Source: Escherichia phage vB-Eco-KMB38. From it: a stretch of 64,000 bases of DNA. Positions 48,684 to 57,976 of the stretch are shown here, one piece after another. The notes under the pieces were generated by a model, which saw nothing but the letters and a program-made list of their open reading frames with translations, was not told where the DNA came from and did not search any database. The stretch lies in the sequence record OR525701.1; one strand, given 5' to 3'. The position numbers and the translations under genes were made by a program. Within the stretch, counting starts at the first letter, position 1; every line of letters starts with the position of its first letter.

Positions 48684-48980
48684 TTATTGTTCTACACATG
48701 CACAGGAAACTTCGAAGTCAGGACCACCGTATTCCCAGTGGTATTCACCAACAGGAATCCAGTCACCATGCTCGTTTTCTTCATAGTCCTCAGGCTCAAG
48801 GCCAACGAATCGCCATTGGACACCGATGATTCTATTACCCATCATTACTCGAAATTCGCCCCATGGATTATCAATAGCATACTGAATATCGTTCTTAGCA
48901 CGAGAGCACATTTCTTGATATAACAAAGTTTCTAATTCGTCCTGGTCATAAGGGCCTGGGAAAGTTAAATCGATATTCAT
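48684..48980 (-). CDS. hypothetical protein
   Basis: 98 aa ORF. Confidence 0.55.
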   Translation of the reverse strand: MNIDLTFPGPYDQDELETLLYQEMCSRAKNDIQYAIDNPWGEFRVMMGNRIIGVQWRFVGLEPEDYEENEHGDWIPVGEYHWEYGGPDFEVSCACVEQ

Positions 48981-49240
48981 TTAAAATATTCTCGCAGTTG
49001 GTCAAATCCACCAATGTGACTTCCGTCAGGAGCAAACACTTGAGGCATCGTCAATCCAACATGTGTTTCACGTCCAAGCTTAGCCAGAAGCTCAGCAATT
49101 TTTTCTTCATCGAATACACCTTTTTCCGGCATAACATTAATGAATTCGAATGGCTGTTTCTTAACAGTCAGCAATCGTTTCGCGTTATCACAATAAATGC
49201 ATTTATGAATAGTAGAGTCATACCCGTACACTTTAAACAT
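48977..49240 (-). CDS. nrdC: thioredoxin/glutaredoxin NrdC
   Basis: start re-set to MFKVYGYDS; CIYC active site; closely parallels T4 NrdC (87 aa). Confidence 0.85.
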   Translation of the reverse strand: MFKVYGYDSTIHKCIYCDNAKRLLTVKKQPFEFINVMPEKGVFDEEKIAELLAKLGRETHVGLTMPQVFAPDGSHIGGFDQLREYFK

Positions 49241-49646
49241 TATTTTTCCTTTCATCGATTAAATATGCAATGCCAAATACAATACATGTAATAAAACCTG
49301 TGATACAGATAGAAACCAACAACACTGTACCAAAGAACCAAATCAAGTTATCTTTAGTAGTTTGTTTGATATCCATCTCACGAATTTCTATAGCTATCGT
49401 ATCACCTTTATTCAGAAGCGTATAAAACGACGGTGATACACGCCTGTCAAAAACTCGTCCTTGTTCATCTTTATAAACTGCAATAAATTCTAATTTAGAA
49501 TATTTTCCTGTAGATTGTCCTGAGATTAATTCCACTACCTCCACAGGAATTACTTTAGTTTCCATGTAAGTATTCTGGCTGTTCCAAATGAATGGAATAA
49601 TAGCAAAAACTAAAGCTGCGATAAAACAACGAAGGCTATATCTCAT
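49233..49646 (-). CDS. membrane protein
   Basis: 137 aa with N- and C-terminal TM segments. Confidence 0.55.
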   Translation of the reverse strand: MRYSLRCFIAALVFAIIPFIWNSQNTYMETKVIPVEVVELISGQSTGKYSKLEFIAVYKDEQGRVFDRRVSPSFYTLLNKGDTIAIEIREMDIKQTTKDNLIWFFGTVLLVSICITGFITCIVFGIAYLIDERKNNV

Positions 49647-49951
49647 TATAATGTTCTCTCAAATTTGTGGAAGCATTTACGGCATTTCAATTTCAAGTTA
49701 TCAGTGGTCCAGTTAACCAGTTGGACTTGGATAGTTCCACATTCCGGGCATGGATGTTTTGCTGCCGATTTGGCAGCATTTTCACGTCGTTCAACCATTT
49801 TCATTATTTCGTTCCATGCCGGAGGAACGAACTCTTCTTCACTATGAATTTTATCTCGTTGAACAAATTCAATCTTTGAACTATCGTCAATAAACTTAAC
49901 CAAGCCATGATTAGTGCTCATATCAATATCCTCTAAAAGACGTAGTTTCAT
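49646..49951 (-). CDS. zinc-ribbon protein
   Basis: 101 aa; CPECG...CRKC pairs. Confidence 0.55.
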   Translation of the reverse strand: MKLRLLEDIDMSTNHGLVKFIDDSSKIEFVQRDKIHSEEEFVPPAWNEIMKMVERRENAAKSAAKHPCPECGTIQVQLVNWTTDNLKLKCRKCFHKFERTL

Positions 49952-50895
49952 TATAAAACCTCAATGGCATTTCGTAAACCGTCCGCTTTCGCATTCAGAG
50001 CTTTTAACGATTTAGTTTGTTCTGCAATCTGGGCTTCGACTTCTTTCAGACGAGATTTGAGGTACTCACGTTCTTCAGCCATGATATCAACCTTTTCTGC
50101 TTTAGGTTCTTTAATAGGCTTAAACACATTAGGGTTCTTCAGTTTAATTTTAATTCGAGAACTGAATAACATTGAACCGTTATCTTCGGTTTCGTCGAAC
50201 ATTTCAACAACATCCATAGTCTGTAACATCATACGAAGTTTATAAGACAGCGAACGAACGGTTTTGTTGTGCTTATTAATTTCTTCGGCTTTCATTGTAC
50301 CGAGATTACGTGAGTAATAATAAGGAACCTGGATATCAATTGATAATGATGCGTTACCATTACCTGTTGGTTTGAATACTGCAGTAACCCAATCTTTAAC
50401 ATGAACTTTATTTGTACGTCCATCGCCACCTGTGAATAATTTACGAGAATGTTTAAAAAGCATATTCACTTGGTTATTGAATTCACAAGCAAATTTATCA
50501 GCAAATTTAGTTTCAGGAATGGTAGATAACCAATCAGCTAAATGAGTCTTTTTAACATCATTAACAATAGTGAATTCAACCAAATCGGTTTTAGATGTCA
50601 CAGATTTAATAAAGCTCGGCTTCATAAAGTTTTTAATGTTATCGCGAGCTACAGTAGAAGATAATAAACGAGAACGTTTGAACCATTGAAGCAGTGTCCC
50701 TAATGAATGAGAATACGCATTTTGAGTATCTTTACAGATATGATTTTCTTGGCCTGTGTATGTACCAAAATCGCGAAGAATACCACTTACTACATCTCGG
50801 TGTGGAACATCAAATCCTAATGAACCAGAAGCACGTTGGGCATGAACGTTAGCGATAAGACCTGCAAAGTATTCAATGTAATGTGAACGTGTCAT
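49951..50895 (-). CDS. hypothetical protein with C-terminal coiled coil
   Basis: 314 aa; heptad-rich C-terminus; own early promoter. Confidence 0.65.
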   Translation of the reverse strand: MTRSHYIEYFAGLIANVHAQRASGSLGFDVPHRDVVSGILRDFGTYTGQENHICKDTQNAYSHSLGTLLQWFKRSRLLSSTVARDNIKNFMKPSFIKSVTSKTDLVEFTIVNDVKKTHLADWLSTIPETKFADKFACEFNNQVNMLFKHSRKLFTGGDGRTNKVHVKDWVTAVFKPTGNGNASLSIDIQVPYYYSRNLGTMKAEEINKHNKTVRSLSYKLRMMLQTMDVVEMFDETEDNGSMLFSSRIKIKLKNPNVFKPIKEPKAEKVDIMAEEREYLKSRLKEVEAQIAEQTKSLKALNAKADGLRNAIEVL

Positions 50896-50923
50896 AATAT
50901 TTTCCTCTCGTTAAGATAGATTC

Positions 50924-50953
50924 ATTATACTCCAACCATCCTTGGTTGTAAAC
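50924..50953 (-). promoter_or_regulatory. T4-type early promoter (-35 GTTTAC, -10 TATAAT, spacer AACCAAGGATGGTTGGAG)
   Basis: consensus hexamers; spacer shared with promoters at 8376 and 8934. Confidence 0.5.
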
Positions 50954-50957
50954 TGAT

Positions 50958-51917
50958 TTATGATTTTAATGCATTCATTGCGTTAAAAAGTTTAGAGTAC
51001 TGCAACTGGAGATTCGTTACAACACTTTGAGCATCACGAAGCTTAGCTTGTGCTTTGTCAAGTTCAACAGACAGTTGGTCTATAGTGGCCTTGATTTGAT
51101 TGTAATGGTAATCTTCGGCCGGAAGAAGGTCATTAGAAACATTTAGTTTTACTGCAGACAGTTTGCACACATTTGGCAAACCTTTAAACATTGATTTACC
51201 CGAAGTAGAATAAGCACTTAGGACTTCGGCCTGTTCAATTGGGGTTCCAGTAAGCGATGCTTCAAACAATGCATTTTCCTTTTTAAGATTTTGATAGTAT
51301 TCAGAGTCTTTGTGCCACCATGGCGCAGGAACCTTTTTACCAATAGATACACGAGCCTGGATAGCGATATTGCCCTTATTCTTGATAGGGTCGATAATAT
51401 TAAGCTCACGAGAATAAATTGCTTTAATCTGGTGGATATTATCACCTAAAACTTCCAGTGCTTGGTGGAATACACGAGCAACATTATCATTCTTAGGTTT
51501 ATATGTAAGAGTGAACTCATTCTCACTGATAACCATGATTTCTAACTTATCGTAAGTATATTTCAAATGTTTCATGTTAATTGCTTGAGGACGAATACGA
51601 GAAGCAATGGCCATCAGATTGTTAAGGTTATTTCGGAACTGTTTAGCAAAATATTGTCCGCAGCCGCCGATACAAAAATTACGAAGTTTCTGTTTGGCTA
51701 ATAAACGGCTGAACTCACCATTTTTAATGAACTCTTTAACGGGTGTGTTAGTAACGCATTCAAATTGAGTAAACATACGAGAATTAATCCCATAATATGA
51801 ACAGATTTCCTCAATCTCTTCAGGAGTCTTTACAGGCATACGGATAGGATTAGGTCCTGGAGTATATGCGTTCGAGGTAAATTCTTTGATAAGTTCTCTA
51901 CGTGTAATAAAAGCCAT
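50958..51917 (-). CDS. hypothetical protein with C-terminal coiled coil
   Basis: 319 aa. Confidence 0.65.
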   Translation of the reverse strand: MAFITRRELIKEFTSNAYTPGPNPIRMPVKTPEEIEEICSYYGINSRMFTQFECVTNTPVKEFIKNGEFSRLLAKQKLRNFCIGGCGQYFAKQFRNNLNNLMAIASRIRPQAINMKHLKYTYDKLEIMVISENEFTLTYKPKNDNVARVFHQALEVLGDNIHQIKAIYSRELNIIDPIKNKGNIAIQARVSIGKKVPAPWWHKDSEYYQNLKKENALFEASLTGTPIEQAEVLSAYSTSGKSMFKGLPNVCKLSAVKLNVSNDLLPAEDYHYNQIKATIDQLSVELDKAQAKLRDAQSVVTNLQLQYSKLFNAMNALKS

Positions 51918-51943
51918 TTTATATTCCTCATGTTGAAAAATTT

Positions 51944-51972
51944 ATTATACTCCAACCGTCCTTGGTTGTACA
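51944..51972 (-). promoter_or_regulatory. T4-type early promoter (-35 TGTACA, 17 bp, -10 TATAAT)
   Basis: hexamers on minus strand, spacer CCAAGGACGG. Confidence 0.5.
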
Positions 51973-52968
51973 TCATTCCTTAAGAAGTTTTACTACTTGA
52001 ATAAGATTAGCTCGTTCTGTTTTATTTTTACCGTTTAAGCCCGCTAATCGTGAGATTTCATCATCAGTCTGTTGAATAGTTACATTAAGTTCGTTAATCA
52101 AAGCTTCAAAGTATTTGATTTGCTCAGCATGTTTTGATTCAAATTTCTGAACCGGAATAACGTCTTGGTTTAGTTCATCAATAAGGTCTTTAAGAGCATC
52201 TTCTTGGTTGATATCATATTCAACTTCTTTTATTTCTTCAACGAGCTCGTCTTTATATCTAACGTCTTTTAGTCCTGGTGCTGGTCCTGAAATCTCTTCT
52301 TTAAGAGTGCAAACATATCCAATACGATATCCAGTGCCGTCTCGCTTGATATCAACTTCGTCGATAAATCCACAATGTTTGAGACCAGAGCCGATTAGGT
52401 CAAAATATCCTTGACGACGTCCTTCAAACGTTACACGAACTACTAAGACAGTTTTGCCTGCAACCTTTTGAAGCTCACATTTATAAAAGTCAGTTGAACC
52501 TGAATAACGTGGATGAGTTTTAAAGTTCATCTGACGATATATGCCCATTTGTAAACGTGCTGTTACGGCCATAAAACGTGTTTGGTTCTCGTTAAGATGA
52601 GCAACAATCCATTTCAAAGGCATTTTACACTGTTCACGACCGAACAAATCAGTACGTCCTAGATTACGCAGGATGTTGTTAGAGTTAATCATCGACAGAA
52701 CGTTAAGTTTATTCAGCGCGCTGAAGATTCCATCAGCCATTGATTTTCCGTAGCCTTTACACGCTTTAATAAGCGCTCGCGGTAGATTAGTATAGATTTC
52801 AGACGGCATATGAAAATCAAATTTACTAACCAGTAATTGATGAACTTGGATAGCAATTCGTTCATAATTAAGTGCTCTGCGATCATTATGGTCTTTAAAC
52901 CACACTTTAATCTGTGAAGCACATAAACCGTTAATTTCATGTTTTACCGCATCAGATGTAATGCTCAT
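51973..52968 (-). CDS. hypothetical protein with C-terminal coiled coil
   Basis: 331 aa. Confidence 0.65.
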   Translation of the reverse strand: MSITSDAVKHEINGLCASQIKVWFKDHNDRRALNYERIAIQVHQLLVSKFDFHMPSEIYTNLPRALIKACKGYGKSMADGIFSALNKLNVLSMINSNNILRNLGRTDLFGREQCKMPLKWIVAHLNENQTRFMAVTARLQMGIYRQMNFKTHPRYSGSTDFYKCELQKVAGKTVLVVRVTFEGRRQGYFDLIGSGLKHCGFIDEVDIKRDGTGYRIGYVCTLKEEISGPAPGLKDVRYKDELVEEIKEVEYDINQEDALKDLIDELNQDVIPVQKFESKHAEQIKYFEALINELNVTIQQTDDEISRLAGLNGKNKTERANLIQVVKLLKE

Positions 52969-53003
52969 AACTATTTCCTCAGATTGAATTGGAACTCAAA
53001 ACC

Positions 53004-53032
53004 ATTATAACCCGTCCTTGGGTAAAGCGTTT
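53004..53032 (-). promoter_or_regulatory. possible MotA-dependent middle promoter (MotA-box-like CGCTTTA, about 13 bp, -10 TATAAT)
   Basis: near-consensus MotA box positioned about 13 bp upstream of TATAAT. Confidence 0.35.
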
Positions 53033-53558
53033 ATGCGTGAACCGACTTTAAACGTTCTTCAAATTTCCGAAGAGTACTAATACGTTCTGCTTTCTGTTTT
53101 GTATAGTTTGCAATACGTTCTGAAGTGAGAGCGTATCGTTCGTTTACTGTTTCTTTCATGAAGTCAGGGATTTCACGAGAAGCTTTAATTTCATCAAACT
53201 TATCGAGTACTGCCTGGTCTTCAGCGATTAAATTTTCGTACATCTCGATATCTTTCTTGATAAACTCGATATCTTCCTGGGTTACTTTGGATAAACGAGA
53301 TGCTTTATCCTTTTTGTACTGCTCGTTAGTTTCACGAGACCAGAATAATGTACGTTTTTTGTTAGTGTTTTTGTAGACTTCCACAATTCCAACCGAATCG
53401 ATGATAACAATCCAATTCCAGCGAGATTTGAAAATCTGACCTCCGTCCACGGTAATCTCGTTACCATAAGCAACGTCATTAAAGAACTTGCTTTGTGCTT
53501 CAGATTTAAATTTACCGTCGTTATAATTTACCAGGTTGAAAATATCTTTAGCGTTCAT
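53031..53558 (-). CDS. hypothetical protein
   Basis: 175 aa ORF. Confidence 0.6.
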   Translation of the reverse strand: MNAKDIFNLVNYNDGKFKSEAQSKFFNDVAYGNEITVDGGQIFKSRWNWIVIIDSVGIVEVYKNTNKKRTLFWSRETNEQYKKDKASRLSKVTQEDIEFIKKDIEMYENLIAEDQAVLDKFDEIKASREIPDFMKETVNERYALTSERIANYTKQKAERISTLRKFEERLKSVHA

Positions 53559-53585
53559 GTTTTACCTCCAGTAGTTGATAGGTCT

Positions 53586-53614
53586 ATAATAACATAATCA
53601 TAGACCTTGTAAAC
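53586..53614 (-). promoter_or_regulatory. T4-type early promoter (-35 GTTTAC, 17 bp, -10 TATTAT, then AGACCTATC)
   Basis: consensus hexamers; -10 bracketed by dyad GGTCTAT/ATAGACC. Confidence 0.55.
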
Positions 53615-53616
53615 AA

Positions 53617-53904
53617 CTAAAAGAAACTTTTTTCGGTATTTTTTCCACTGAACCAAACCGACTTCGGGATTTTTTGTAATTTTTCAGATTTAAGTTTCTC
53701 TTCCTGTTCTTTCTTATACACATCCTTATCGTACTGGAGCATCTCTATGGCATTCTTTTGCAAACGATCTAAGGTAATTAAGGCTTTAGTTTTTCCTTTC
53801 AAGGAAGAGTCCTGGCGAACCTCCTCGCTATATTGCATTGTAGAACTAACCATACGATGAGCATAGAGTTCGACTGCGGCTTTAATTTTTTGCATAAAAT
53901 CCAT
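53617..53904 (-). CDS. hypothetical protein
   Basis: 95 aa ORF. Confidence 0.5.
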   Translation of the reverse strand: MDFMQKIKAAVELYAHRMVSSTMQYSEEVRQDSSLKGKTKALITLDRLQKNAIEMLQYDKDVYKKEQEEKLKSEKLQKIPKSVWFSGKNTEKSFF

Positions 53905-54042
53905 AACATATCCTCTTTGATTTGTACATCATTATTTTTAAATATTTCTATGCCCTCAGTAGGTTCCTGGTGTCCTTCTTTGAGGTAAGCCATATGATTA
54001 TTCATCTTTATGGCTTTTGTTACCTCAGAACTTCCTATAAGC

Positions 54043-55044
54043 TTATTTCAGTAAAGTTACTTCAGAGATTTCCTCCCAACCATCTTTATCAGTTGAAATA
54101 AAATCTGCTACATAAAGAGCCGTACGTAATGACACATTGCGAAGACGAGATATGTTAGCCTTCATCCAGGACAATGCTTTATACGTTTCTGCATCCGTCA
54201 GACCACGTTTCTGCATCATGTCAGTAGATAATATTACATCTTCAACTCGAACCATAATCTCTTCATTAGAGTGTACTCCAAGGTCAAGATACACTGAACG
54301 AGATACTAAAGCTTGAAGGTGTGGAGCAAGTTTCGAACCACGTTCTAACTCTTTATCGATATCAACGTTTGTAATGAAAACGATAGTACCTTCAAACTCA
54401 AATTCTTTATCAATACCCTTATCATCAAGATAAGATGATGCAGTGCTCCAGCAAACTTTGCGTTTATCACCAGTATCTAATGCTGCTTTAAGAAGGTTCA
54501 AGATATCCATATCCGAGAATACGTCAACGTCGTCGATTAAGAGAACGCTGTCTGCATCACGGTTGAGCCAAAGTTGTTCGTAAAGGCCAATACCTGAGAT
54601 TTTACCATTAATGCTTTTGTATTTGATGAAACCGTTATCATTAGCATTATTAAGCGCTCTATCCAGAGAATACGTCTTACCAATACCGGCTGCACCTGAA
54701 ATAATGAGTGAACGAATTTTGCCATCGATAATGCCATTCGTCATCATGTTCATTACTTTAAAGCGTTTGTTGATACGAGTTTTCATATCTTCAGTGCTTT
54801 CAACAACTGCAACTGGTGATGTCTCAGCTCCTTCCATTACGATATCTGATTTGAAGACCCATACTCCACGTTCAGAACCATCAATCATAACGAAAATTTT
54901 ACCGTCACCTAAGTGGGAACATTCAGGATTAAGCTTTGCCGGGAACCAGGTCTTTGTGGCAACATAAGAACCGGAGATTTCGTTATTACGATAGATACCT
55001 TTTTTGATTTGAACGTTGAACATTTTATTCTCCAATTTACTCAT
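54043..55044 (-). CDS. P-loop ATPase (Walker A GAAGIGKT, Walker B VLLIDDVD)
   Basis: 333 aa; N-terminal non-ATPase domain of about 100 aa. Confidence 0.65.
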   Translation of the reverse strand: MSKLENKMFNVQIKKGIYRNNEISGSYVATKTWFPAKLNPECSHLGDGKIFVMIDGSERGVWVFKSDIVMEGAETSPVAVVESTEDMKTRINKRFKVMNMMTNGIIDGKIRSLIISGAAGIGKTYSLDRALNNANDNGFIKYKSINGKISGIGLYEQLWLNRDADSVLLIDDVDVFSDMDILNLLKAALDTGDKRKVCWSTASSYLDDKGIDKEFEFEGTIVFITNVDIDKELERGSKLAPHLQALVSRSVYLDLGVHSNEEIMVRVEDVILSTDMMQKRGLTDAETYKALSWMKANISRLRNVSLRTALYVADFISTDKDGWEEISEVTLLK

Positions 55045-55061
55045 TTCGTTTCGATAGGTCT

Positions 55062-55090
55062 ATAATAACATATCCTAAAAGCATGTACAC
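55062..55090 (-). promoter_or_regulatory. T4-type early promoter (-35 GTGTAC, 17 bp, -10 TATTAT, then AGACCTATC)
   Basis: hexamers on minus strand upstream of ATPase gene. Confidence 0.5.
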
Positions 55091-55118
55091 TACTTTTTAA
55101 AAATATTTTGACCCCCTA

Positions 55119-55136
55119 AAGGGCCCGAAGGCCCTT
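55119..55136 (-). terminator. hairpin AAGGGCC-UUCG-GGCCCUU immediately after stop of 55138..56127
   Basis: 7 bp GC-rich stem, UUCG loop; weak U tract. Confidence 0.45.
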
Positions 55137-55137
55137 A

Positions 55138-56127
55138 TCATTTATAGTATGAATTGTGGTTTTCTAAGTAGACTTGCTCAAGGAAGTCATCCCAGAAACT
55201 CATATCTACTTTTTGCTGCATACCGTTCTTAGCAGCTTGTTCTGCCGCATGTTCAACTTGGTCAACGATATCTTCTAGGAATTCTTGTACAGTTTTAAAT
55301 GTATGTTTACCAAGCTTAACATCGAGAATAAATGGAGCATCCTTAAGCGGGTAAACCAGGTCGCCGGTTTTGTAAATTTCTAAGAGCTGAAGTCCACCAC
55401 GGCATGCATGACTCAATGCTTTCCAATCAATACCTTCATTGGCTTCTGCCTTACGAGCACGTTCACCGTAGTTCTCTTCAAGTTTAACCAGGATGGCATT
55501 GAACTCTTTATTGGTTAACGTATCTTGGAATTTACGGTCCAACAGACTATAGAATGTTTGCTTACCTGTTTTCTCGTTTTCAGTTTCAACCCATGAAGCA
55601 AATTCACCTACAGGCAGAACATTCTTCATATGTGATAAACGAATTACTGCACCATTATCAAAGTATTGTCCCCATTCATTAGAACGTTTAAGGGCTTGGC
55701 GGAGAACAGCCAGACGAGAACCCTTGACACCGTATTTAGAAGCTTGCTTACGGACGTACCCTAAATAAGATTTCATGTTAGTGGTATAGAAACGAGACCT
55801 GTTATCTTGAATATACTTCCATACATCAGGCAAATCAGATTTAACTACTAGACTTGGTGGAGTGTGAAGCATATCTAATGCGACGGTTTCACCATCTGCA
55901 GCTAGTTTAAAGAAATATTTGAGACTATACAACTCGTGGTCAATATCATCTTTAGTGTTTTTAGATGATGTGTTATTCGTGTTCTTGCTCATGTGTTCTT
56001 TAACATTACCGGTCAAGATATCACGAGCGTGAGGGACATAAATTTCTTTAAAATCGACGTCAGATTCAGGAGTAGACGTTCCATAAAGGTGGCTACCAAA
56101 GTAGCCTTTCATAATTGTTTTCATCAT
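55138..56127 (-). CDS. Pol-beta-superfamily nucleotidyltransferase-like protein
   Basis: 329 aa; N-terminal GSHLYGTSTPESDVDF (GS..x9..DxD) motif. Confidence 0.65.
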   Translation of the reverse strand: MMKTIMKGYFGSHLYGTSTPESDVDFKEIYVPHARDILTGNVKEHMSKNTNNTSSKNTKDDIDHELYSLKYFFKLAADGETVALDMLHTPPSLVVKSDLPDVWKYIQDNRSRFYTTNMKSYLGYVRKQASKYGVKGSRLAVLRQALKRSNEWGQYFDNGAVIRLSHMKNVLPVGEFASWVETENEKTGKQTFYSLLDRKFQDTLTNKEFNAILVKLEENYGERARKAEANEGIDWKALSHACRGGLQLLEIYKTGDLVYPLKDAPFILDVKLGKHTFKTVQEFLEDIVDQVEHAAEQAAKNGMQQKVDMSFWDDFLEQVYLENHNSYYK

Positions 56128-56597
56128 TTAGCCTTATATTCAAGGGTAGGACAGACTTTTTCTTTACGAGCTTTAAGGTATTCACCTATTAATGATTTCT
56201 TACGTTCAATAGGCCCAAGTCCATTTTTAATTCGTTCTTGGTTTTGTGCAATGAGCTCAATTTCTTTATAATATTTTCTGTCGTTATATTTGTCTAACAA
56301 CCAAGATGGACCAATTACCGCCCCGACAGCAATAAGAACCATTACTGATATTGTTAAAATGCCTATACCAATTGAGGCTGGAACTAATGTCCATAGACTG
56401 CTAAAAACAAAGAATTTAGTTAAAATTTCCTGGCCAATGATTGTGGCTGCTGCTAAAATCGCAAATCCAATAATCGAAACAGCTAATACCGGAATAAACG
56501 TTTTCCAAAAATAAGCACATAATGTTTTCGGACGATTCCATGTACTATTGAATGCGGCATAAATTTTATAGTGCCAAGAGTTTTCATTGATAATCAT
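56124..56597 (-). CDS. membrane protein
   Basis: 157 aa with central TM helices. Confidence 0.6.
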   Translation of the reverse strand: MIINENSWHYKIYAAFNSTWNRPKTLCAYFWKTFIPVLAVSIIGFAILAAATIIGQEILTKFFVFSSLWTLVPASIGIGILTISVMVLIAVGAVIGPSWLLDKYNDRKYYKEIELIAQNQERIKNGLGPIERKKSLIGEYLKARKEKVCPTLEYKAK

Positions 56598-56606
56598 AAT
56601 AATTCC

Positions 56607-57149
56607 TTATTTCAAAGTTGGGATAATAGAATCAAGATAAGCTTTAAGAGCAACTGCTTCATCTTTGTCTAATGCAACGATATGTTGACGAAGGTCATCA
56701 ATTTGGCGAATAACTACAACATCACCATCTTCATAAGAAGGATTAACACTCAGGACTGTTGTATAGTCAGGGTTGTCCGGATTTGTAATAAAAGCATTAC
56801 GGCATTTAGCCCATTGAAGTTTGGCCTTTTTGGCTGTTTCAGATTCCATGAATTCTTTCACTTTAGTGACGAATGTTTTCCAATTATTAATAGAAAAACA
56901 TTCGTCTTCTGTTTCGATATTAACCCCACTATAAAGTCCATGATAAAAACGAACTTGAAGGTCTTCGTTAATGTTAATTACAGATGCATGGCCTGGTGGA
57001 TTGAGTTTCAAAATCTTGTCCAGTTCCATAGGAAGAATAGTAACCGCATCATCTTCTTGTGTCAGAACGTAAGCATACCCGCGTTTTTCAATACATAAAT
57101 CACCAAACAACTCAGTCGTTTCAATTACAGTTTTCATATTATTCACCAA
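56607..57149 (-). CDS. hypothetical protein
   Basis: 180 aa ORF; true start may be ATG (MKTVIE) about 12 nt downstream. Confidence 0.6.
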   Translation of the reverse strand: MVNNMKTVIETTELFGDLCIEKRGYAYVLTQEDDAVTILPMELDKILKLNPPGHASVININEDLQVRFYHGLYSGVNIETEDECFSINNWKTFVTKVKEFMESETAKKAKLQWAKCRNAFITNPDNPDYTTVLSVNPSYEDGDVVVIRQIDDLRQHIVALDKDEAVALKAYLDSIIPTLK

Positions 57150-57483
57150 TTAAAGTTTCAACAAAATTCACCAAATCATTCTGACAAGCATCAACCTGAT
57201 TTTCATAAAAGTCTACGTTATCATTTACCGCGTGATAAGCTACATCATTCAAATCTGAATCGGCTTCACGTAAGTCACGGATAAGGTCCATCAATTTATT
57301 AGCTTGTTCACGGGTCATTTTACCATACTCGCTTCAATAAGATTCACTATGCCGTTTACCATGTTATAAGTAAACATTGGATAATTGTATTGTACTACAA
57401 CATAAGCGATAAGCAAAAGTTTCATTTTGTTCTCCATTTGTTTTTGGTAGGACTACTATAACACAGTCCTACCAAGATGTAAA

Positions 57484-57717
57484 CTACCGATTGTGTTTTA
57501 AATGTTGATAAAGTTCTTCAACTTGTTTAGGGTCCAAAACAATTAAGTCATTTTCTTGACGAAGATAAATCCATCCCTTATCCCCAGGACCATTTTTACA
57601 AAACATCACCACCGTATCATCATCTTCAGCGCTTTCAGGTAAAAGTTCAAGTACACCGTCTTCAGATTTTCCAGTATAATCGTAAAGCATAATATCCTCA
57701 CATAATCTCGTTAACAT
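57484..57717 (-). CDS. hypothetical protein
   Basis: 77 aa ORF. Confidence 0.5.
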   Translation of the reverse strand: MLTRLCEDIMLYDYTGKSEDGVLELLPESAEDDDTVVMFCKNGPGDKGWIYLRQENDLIVLDPKQVEELYQHLKHNR

Positions 57718-57916
57718 ACATTTGCAATTCGGTGTGCGTATCAGCCATCTTTTTCATAGCTCTGTTAATGTCGATATCACCGTCTTCACACCCATGGGCA
57801 TTTTCCCAATCAGATACAGCGTTAGCATACTCTTCAATCAAAAACATTAACTTAGAAATTTTTTCTTTACGTGACATAACGTTCTCCTCTAGTAAGTAAG
57901 GTCTACTATAACACAA
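57698..57916 (-). CDS. hypothetical protein
   Basis: 72 aa ORF. Confidence 0.45.
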   Translation of the reverse strand: MCYSRPYLLEENVMSRKEKISKLMFLIEEYANAVSDWENAHGCEDGDIDINRAMKKMADTHTELQMYVNEIM

Positions 57917-57942
57917 CCTGAGGAGAAGTAAACTGTTAAATG

Positions 57943-57975
57943 CAAAAAAGCCCCAACCTTTCGGAAGGGGCTTTG
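57943..57975 (-). terminator. terminator hairpin (GCCCC..GAAA..GGGGC) + U6, copy 1 of a 36-bp direct repeat
   Basis: stem with GNRA-type loop and internal UU/UU, followed by T-run; contains stop codon of 57977..58534. Confidence 0.6.
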
Positions 57976-57976
57976 A

